The translations under genes were made by a program, and so were the position numbers. A DNA stretch of 64,000 nucleotides from Raja brachyura (Eukaryota): contig OY740818.1 in assembly GCA_963514005.1 (NCBI GenBank), positions 19,220,001 to 19,284,000 on the forward strand, in the 5' to 3' direction. This document shows, in pieces, positions 58,801 through 64,000 of this stretch. How positions within the stretch are numbered: position 1 is the stretch's first letter; each line of letters begins with the position of its first letter. The notes under the pieces were generated by a model. That model saw nothing but the letters and a program-made list of their open reading frames with translations, had not been told where the DNA came from and ran no database searches.

Positions 58801-59175
58801 ATTGAGAGAGCAGGCAGACAAATGTGCTGGAGAAACTCAGCGTGTGCAGCAGCATCTATGGAGCGAAGGAAAAAGGCAACGTTTCGGGCCGAAACCCTTG
58901 GGAGAGCAGGCAGTGGAGGAGAGAAATGGGTGACAACATCTTGCTGTCAATGATAACGAGAGGCTGAAGTGTCATTCTGTTGATCATTGTGGACTCTTGA
59001 ACACCAAGGATAATCAGAATATTCTTCTCTTTTAGTGTCTTTATCAGGTTCTCCTGCATGCAGGTACTCAACAAGGAGATAGCCCGACCAATTCCAGTGC
59101 TGTTGTGAGTGTCCTGTTTCCCCTGACATTCCAGATTGTTATTGGAGATGATCATAACCATTCTGTCATCTGCAG
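46866..59175 (+). CDS. HGSNAT-like (heparan-alpha-glucosaminide N-acetyltransferase-like) gene, 5' part; coding exons 46866-46935, 48378(or 48384)-48475, 59036-59175; continues beyond window
   Basis: Phases 1/0/2 are consistent and all donors are GTAAGA. Joined peptide: MEVKKAVVGMVFVAMMSSQGVSLA-PDLKIDQALVILHNTLSQHNVSILYLSDYCYK-CLYQVLLHAGTQQGDSPTNSSAVVSVLFPLTFQIVIGDDHNHSVIC. This matches the recalled HGSNAT luminal N-terminus (LKMDQALLLIHNEL...NLTVYWKSECCYHCLFQVL...EVC) and has a signal-peptide-like start and N-glycosylation sequons. Confidence 0.85.
47460..48000 (-). mobile_element. Degraded Rex1/Babar LINE 3' fragment
   Basis: ORF 47652-47840 IKEPHHPGHTLFLPLPLGRRYRS is homologous to 1461-1799. 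Confidence 0.75.
50797..50977. mobile_element. Fold-back hammerhead-family element with 16-bp TSD
   Basis: TSD TGTTAACCATCTCATA at 50781-50796 and 50978-50993; inverted arms of about 60 bp. Confidence 0.85.
54080..54620 (+). mobile_element. Degraded Penelope-like element 3' region interrupted by a CR1 tail
   Basis: RHEEQNLIFHLSTL*P..LNIKFFHFR* at about 54090-54175; inverted CR1 tail at about 54275-54380. Confidence 0.5.
55183..55527 (+). mobile_element. CR1-type LINE 3' fragment
   Basis: Closely similar to 3935-4277 ([16 protein letters not shown]...[13 protein letters not shown]); (TTATGA)n tail. Confidence 0.85.
58818..58901 (-). mobile_element. Hammerhead-family short element with 12-bp TSD
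   Basis: TSD GAGAGCAGGCAG at 58806-58817 and 58902-58913. Confidence 0.8.
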
Positions 59176-60220
59176 GTAAGAGCAAAGTTACCTTTTGCAA
59201 TGTGGCTATTATTTTTAATGTGTGAAACATCCATGAAGTCCATTCTTATCCAACTTCTTCCAGCCATTCCAACTTTCCCCTGATTTTTCTGCTTGTGTCT
59301 TCCTATAAAATGAATTAGTTTGACTTTATGTTTATCTTTCATAATTTCTACAAAATCGTTTCAACTAATTAAAAAACCTTGGAATAGTAATTCAACTGAT
59401 AAACAGCTGAGTCCAAATAACATGAGGCTGTACCAGAAAATCTTTGGAAGAAGATTGATAATAGATGACTCGTGTAGTTGAGAACCTGAGAGCATTGTAA
59501 CGTGTAAAAGTATCTGCAGTACTGCAAAGATCAACTGTAGTCCAGCTGATACAAATAGACTGCCTGAGCTGGGAAACTGAACCAAGCTGAATTTGTGCAG
59601 TTAAACTTTCCATTTCAACTTCTTGTTGGATATCTGCTGTGACAAGACTTGCTGTCTAACATTTTCTAACTTAGTTTCAGAATTCCAGCATTCATGGTTA
59701 TTTGCATTTCTATTGCAGGGAATATAGCATAGTTTTACTCTGAAACTACGTTACTTTCTGCTCAGATTATTTGCATGGTAAAGCTCCCTTTATTCAATCT
59801 TAATAATGCAGATTTAACGTCAGTGTCAAGCAAGCATCAATATTGCACATGAGACGCCTCTAATTCACACCACAACTTCCTAATGACTCCTAAGGGTGCA
59901 ACTGTTCATTTTCTTAACTGTGGCAATTACGAGCAACGGATTTGCATGCAGTTTATAATGGAAACCTCTTATACAAAACTGTAAAATGATCAGTATTTCA
60001 CCAGCAAGGTTAAGATTAAACACCTTGACCAGAGGTGAAAGGCCAGTGCTGATCTTAGTGGCGCAGGGATTTATGTTCATTACACATTACACAGCGCTGA
60101 ACCATTATTCCCAACATTGTAACATTGTTCACTTATTTCATTCCATTCTCAGTACGATCACTTTATCAAAATGCATTTGTAAAGCTGATAATTTATGAAA
60201 TAAGTTACTAAATACTAAAT

Positions 60221-60543
60221 GGGCAGCACGGTGATGTAGCAGTTGATTTGCTGCCTTACAGCACTTACAGCGCCAGCGACCCGGGTTCGATCCCGACTAC
60301 AGGTGCTGTCTGTACGGAGTTTGTACAGTATGTTCTTCCCCTGATCGCATGGATTTTCTCCGAGAGCTTCAGTTTCCACCCACACTCCAAAGCCGTACAT
60401 ATTTGTAGGTTAATTGGCTTGGTATAAATGTAAATTATCCCTAATGTGTGTAGAATAGTATTAATGTGTGGGGATCGCTGGTTGGTTTAGACTCGCTGGG
60501 CTGAAGGGCCTGTTTCCGCGCTGTATGTCTAAACTGAACTAAA
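60221..60543 (+). mobile_element. tRNA-derived SINE (HE1/V-SINE-like); partial copies at about 2650-2760, 21215-21310, 40700-40870, 49770-50060
   Basis: B box GGTTCGATCCC, central GCTGTCTGT.CGGAGTTTG core, CR1-like tail GAAGGGCCTGTTTCC..CTGTAT..CTAAACTGAACTAAA. Confidence 0.85.
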
Positions 60544-61659
60544 TACAGCTGCAATCTGGAGAGGAAAGGAAAATAGCTTTCTCTTTGTAAGGATGTAAAT
60601 CCAAGAGCAGACGGGCCTTCTTTCCAATGATCCACAATTTGATACTTTAGAAATGTTAAGTTTATCCCTGAATTTTGCAAATCGTCAACATTTCCACTAG
60701 AATGCTATTTTTTATGGCACGGGAGACTCCTGATCTGAATGAGCACTTTTAAAGCTTGAATCAGACATGGTGCATATGATTGACAGGGAGGAGGAAAGCT
60801 TTAAACTTTGGGAGGATATAAATGATCTGCGCAGTTGGACAAAAAAGTGGCAAATTAAGTTTTCCCTGAAAAATATGAGGTAATGATGTAAGGACAAGGG
60901 AATATAAAATACATCCGGGGATATTGGGAAGGTTGAAGGAATATAAGTACCTTGGAATATATATACATTGACCTGAATGATGGCGTGACAGGTCTATAGG
61001 ATGTTTATAGAGGGATATGGGATGTTTTCCTTTATTAGTTATGGCGTAGAATGTAGTAGCACAGAGGCAAATGCTAGAATTTCGTACAATACTTGTCAGA
61101 CCACATCTTAGTACTACAATTTTGGTCACCACATTACAGGAAGGATGTTTGAACTGGATAGGGTAAGGGATATTTCCAAGTATGTTGGCCGGACTGAAAA
61201 ATTATAGCTATGGGGAAAGATTGGTTAGGGTGGTAAATTTTTCACTCGAACAGAGAAGCTTGAAGGGTGTATAATATTTTATGAGGCCTAAATAAATAGG
61301 AAAGGCCCTTTTGCAAAGATTTGAAATAGTTGACAGAAGAATTAGAAGGGTAATGGATATAGTTTTATTCCCATCCAGATGGTAGTAGAAATGTGGAACT
61401 CACGAGCTGGATGTGAACTTTCAGTCAATAACTCAAGCACGGGAAGGATGGATAGATTTTTTAAATGATCAGCACCGACACTTCACTGGCAATAAAATGG
61501 TATTTCCTACAAAATAATCTTTCAGCCTCTTGCTGCTCCCACTCAAACAGATTAACTTGACACTTTTGTTTTGGCAAAGTCTGCAAAAGGATTGTGCTTC
61601 ACTGCAAATGTTCCTTCCTTTGTGTGTTGGGCAGTTAAAACTGAAGGTGCTGAGAAATT

Positions 61660-62472
61660 TAGAATAGAATAGAATAGAATGCCTTTTATTGTCATTCAAA
61701 CAGACAAGGTTTGAACGAAATTTCATTCCTGCAGTCATGACGTTACAAAAAAAAAACCAAGACACACACTTAACACAATTTACACAAACATCCATCACAG
61801 TGAATCTCCAACACCTCCTCACTGTGATGGAAGGCAAAAGTCTTATCTCTACCTTTAGTTCTTCTCCCGCGGTCCAGCAGTCCAACGGCAGTGTAGAGGT
61901 GACTGGGGCTCACGATATTAAAGCCCTCTGCGGGCAATAGTAAGTCCCACGGCCGTTTAAGCCGCGCCGGGCGATGTTAGACCCCGCTCCGAGTCATTTA
62001 AACCCCACGATTCCGGTGAGAGAGGTTGCCATTACTGGAGGTCCGATAAGTGGTCTCCCAGCAGGGCCCTGCGAGCTCCCGATGTTCCTGTCCACTTGGC
62101 CTGCGGCCGGAGCCTCCGAAGCTCCGAAGTCGGGTTGCAGCCGCGCGCCACCACAGCTCTTCCTGCTCTGAAGTCAGCCAGCTCCGCGATGGCGAGTCCG
62201 CAGGCTCTGCGACTGGAGCTGTCAGATTAGTTCCGGATGGAGGTCGCCGCCGGCTCCACGATGTTAGGCCCAATGACACCGTAGAGCCGACAGGGAAAAA
62301 GTCGGGTCCCCGTACAGAGAAAAGATTAAATGGTTTCCCCCACACCCCCCACACATACAAGGCTAAAAAATAATAACAATTAGAACCAAAAACATACATC
62401 TAACGGGACAAAAATTTAAAAAAGACTGACGGATTGCAGTCGATCCGCTGCCATTAGGTGCCGCCACACTCC
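61660..62472 (-). mobile_element. GC-rich non-autonomous retroelement with Rex-type 3' tail
   Basis: Shares 3' sequence with 3490-3650 (CACAGTGAGGAGGTG..CACTGT..TGGATGT...GAAATTTCGTTCA...TGAATGACAATAAA); (TTCTA)n tail. Confidence 0.65.
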
Positions 62473-63221
62473 TGCTGAATTTGAAATGAAAGCAGAAAAT
62501 GGTGGACACACGCAGCAGAATTTGTGGAGAGAGAAACAGGTTAATATTTTAGATTGATTACCTTTCATCAAAAACCACGTAGCATTTCAGCGTTTTCTGG
62601 TTTTATTGTAGATAATTTATTTAACTGAATGGAGTTCCCAGCCAGGGATTGACAATTATTGCAGGAGCAGAGAAGAAAGGTCCTGCCCTGCCCCAACTCG
62701 TCAGACTCTTCACAGATGCTGCCTGGCCCGCTGAGATCTTCCACCATTTTCTTTTGTAAAGTTACACCGTTTTTTTGTGACTACTTAAAACAGCATGACC
62801 AATTATTCTGGGCTTTTTTTTAACACTTTTAGGAAGCAATGTGCAGGAAATTATGCCTCTCTACCTAGATGATAAATGTTCATGTAGAAGTCCAGCATTG
62901 AAGCAGTGCAATTTGTGACCAAAACTGTGCAGTTGAATTTCCAGAAGTCATGATATGATGCAGAAATGGTGCTACTTGCGTGTTACTCTGGGAACAAATG
63001 ATTTTCATTTACTTAGAAAAAGAAACAGACAATTGAATTTCTAGGCGGGAACCTTTTTCTTTTGACCCTTAAGTCAAACATGATTGTTGAAAGTAGCATC
63101 TATAAAATACTTAACCATTATATTGGGCTTTCTCACGTGAACTTGATTTGAAATCCAAATGAGTAATTCCATTCCATTACTTTGGAAATCCAAATTGATT
63201 CAAAAATGGTAAAGTGATTAA

Positions 63222-63622
63222 TTTCTCCAACATCTCCAGATTTGCAGATGACACCAAGCTGGGGGGTATAGTTAGGTGTGAGGAGGATGCTAGGAGGCTG
63301 CAGGGTAATTTGGATAGGCTGAGTGAATGGGCAGATGCATGGCAGATGCCGTATAATGTGGATAAATGTGAGGTTATCCACTTTGGTGTCAAAAACATGA
63401 GGGTAGACTATTATCTGAATGGTGGCAGATTAGGAAAAGGGGAGATGCAACGAGACCTGGCTGTCATGGTACACCAGTCATTGAAAGTAGGCATGCAGGT
63501 GCAGCAGGCAGTGAAGAAAGCAAATGGAATGTTAGCATTCATAGCAAAAGGATTTGAGTATAGGAGCAGGGAGGTTCTACTGCAGTTGTACAGGTTTTGG
63601 TGAGACCACACCTGGAGTATTG
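63222..63622 (+). mobile_element. CR1-type LINE reverse transcriptase fragment
   Basis: ISRFADDTKLGG...LQGNLDRLSEWADAWQM.YNVDKCEVIHFG...QAVKKANGMLAFI (RT FADD motif); truncated by a hammerhead-family insertion at about 63623-63700. Confidence 0.9.
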
Positions 63623-64000
63623 CGAAACGTTGCCTATTTCCTTCGCTCCATAGATGCTGCCGCGGCCGCTGAGTTTCTCCAGCATTTTTGTCTACCTTCA
63701 TAAAATAGTAAATAGTTTTTATTGATGTTAGTTGTCCTCCATCTAGGTATTATAATAGGTGGGATTGTGTAGTGGAAGGGGAACTCTGAATTGATTTGGA
63801 ATTCAATTGGAAATTTGAGCATGAATGATTGAAAATGAACCGGGGAAAAAAACCCTTTGATCCTTCTTTTCTTAAGTAATTTACCAGATACAGTTCTTTT
63901 AAGTCCTCTTTAGAACATGGTGGCAGGTTTTAATCTATTATTAATCATCTAAATTAACAAAAACAAAAGCTTTGATAGAAGATAGAAGTCAATATCCCTG

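Noticed and set aside
60221-60300. tRNA gene
   Set aside because: It has a B box but no full cloverleaf and continues into a SINE core and tail, so it is a tRNA-derived SINE head.
43345-64000. FAM149B1, expected from human synteny
   Set aside because: No exon resembling recalled FAM149B1 was found by eye; the exons present are HGSNAT-like. A very diverged small exon cannot be excluded.
59200-64000. Fourth coding exon of the HGSNAT-like gene
   Set aside because: No in-phase segment resembling the expected FGE.G.Y motif was found; it probably lies beyond the window.

Overview
Vertebrate genomic DNA, AT-rich and repeat-dense. The repeat families (CR1/HER1-type LINE tails, HE1/V-SINE-type tRNA SINEs, Rex1/Babar) point to a cartilaginous fish, probably a skate or ray (inference). 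I rebuilt four spliced genes by hand with GT-AG boundaries and consistent phases: NUDT13 (+, 8 coding exons, 329 aa); a divergent SLC35D3-like nucleotide-sugar-transporter paralog (+, 3 exons, 337 aa); ECD/ecdysoneless (-, 13 coding exons, 643 aa); and the first three coding exons of an HGSNAT-like gene (+, head-to-head with ECD, continuing beyond the window). From memory of the human locus (NUDT13-ECD-FAM149B1), the SLC35D3-like and HGSNAT-like genes have no counterpart there. The most striking non-coding signal is an abundant family of short mobile elements, many flanked by target-site duplications (TSDs), that carry a minimal hammerhead-ribozyme core (CTGAAGA-A-stem II-GAAAC-GTH). They often occur as fold-back inverted copies and sit alongside decayed Penelope-like GIY-YIG C-terminal fragments. 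Also present: a Tc1 remnant, a Helitron 3' end, a TIR element, GC-rich non-autonomous Rex-type elements and an L1-type insertion. All homology calls come from recalled sequences, not database searches.
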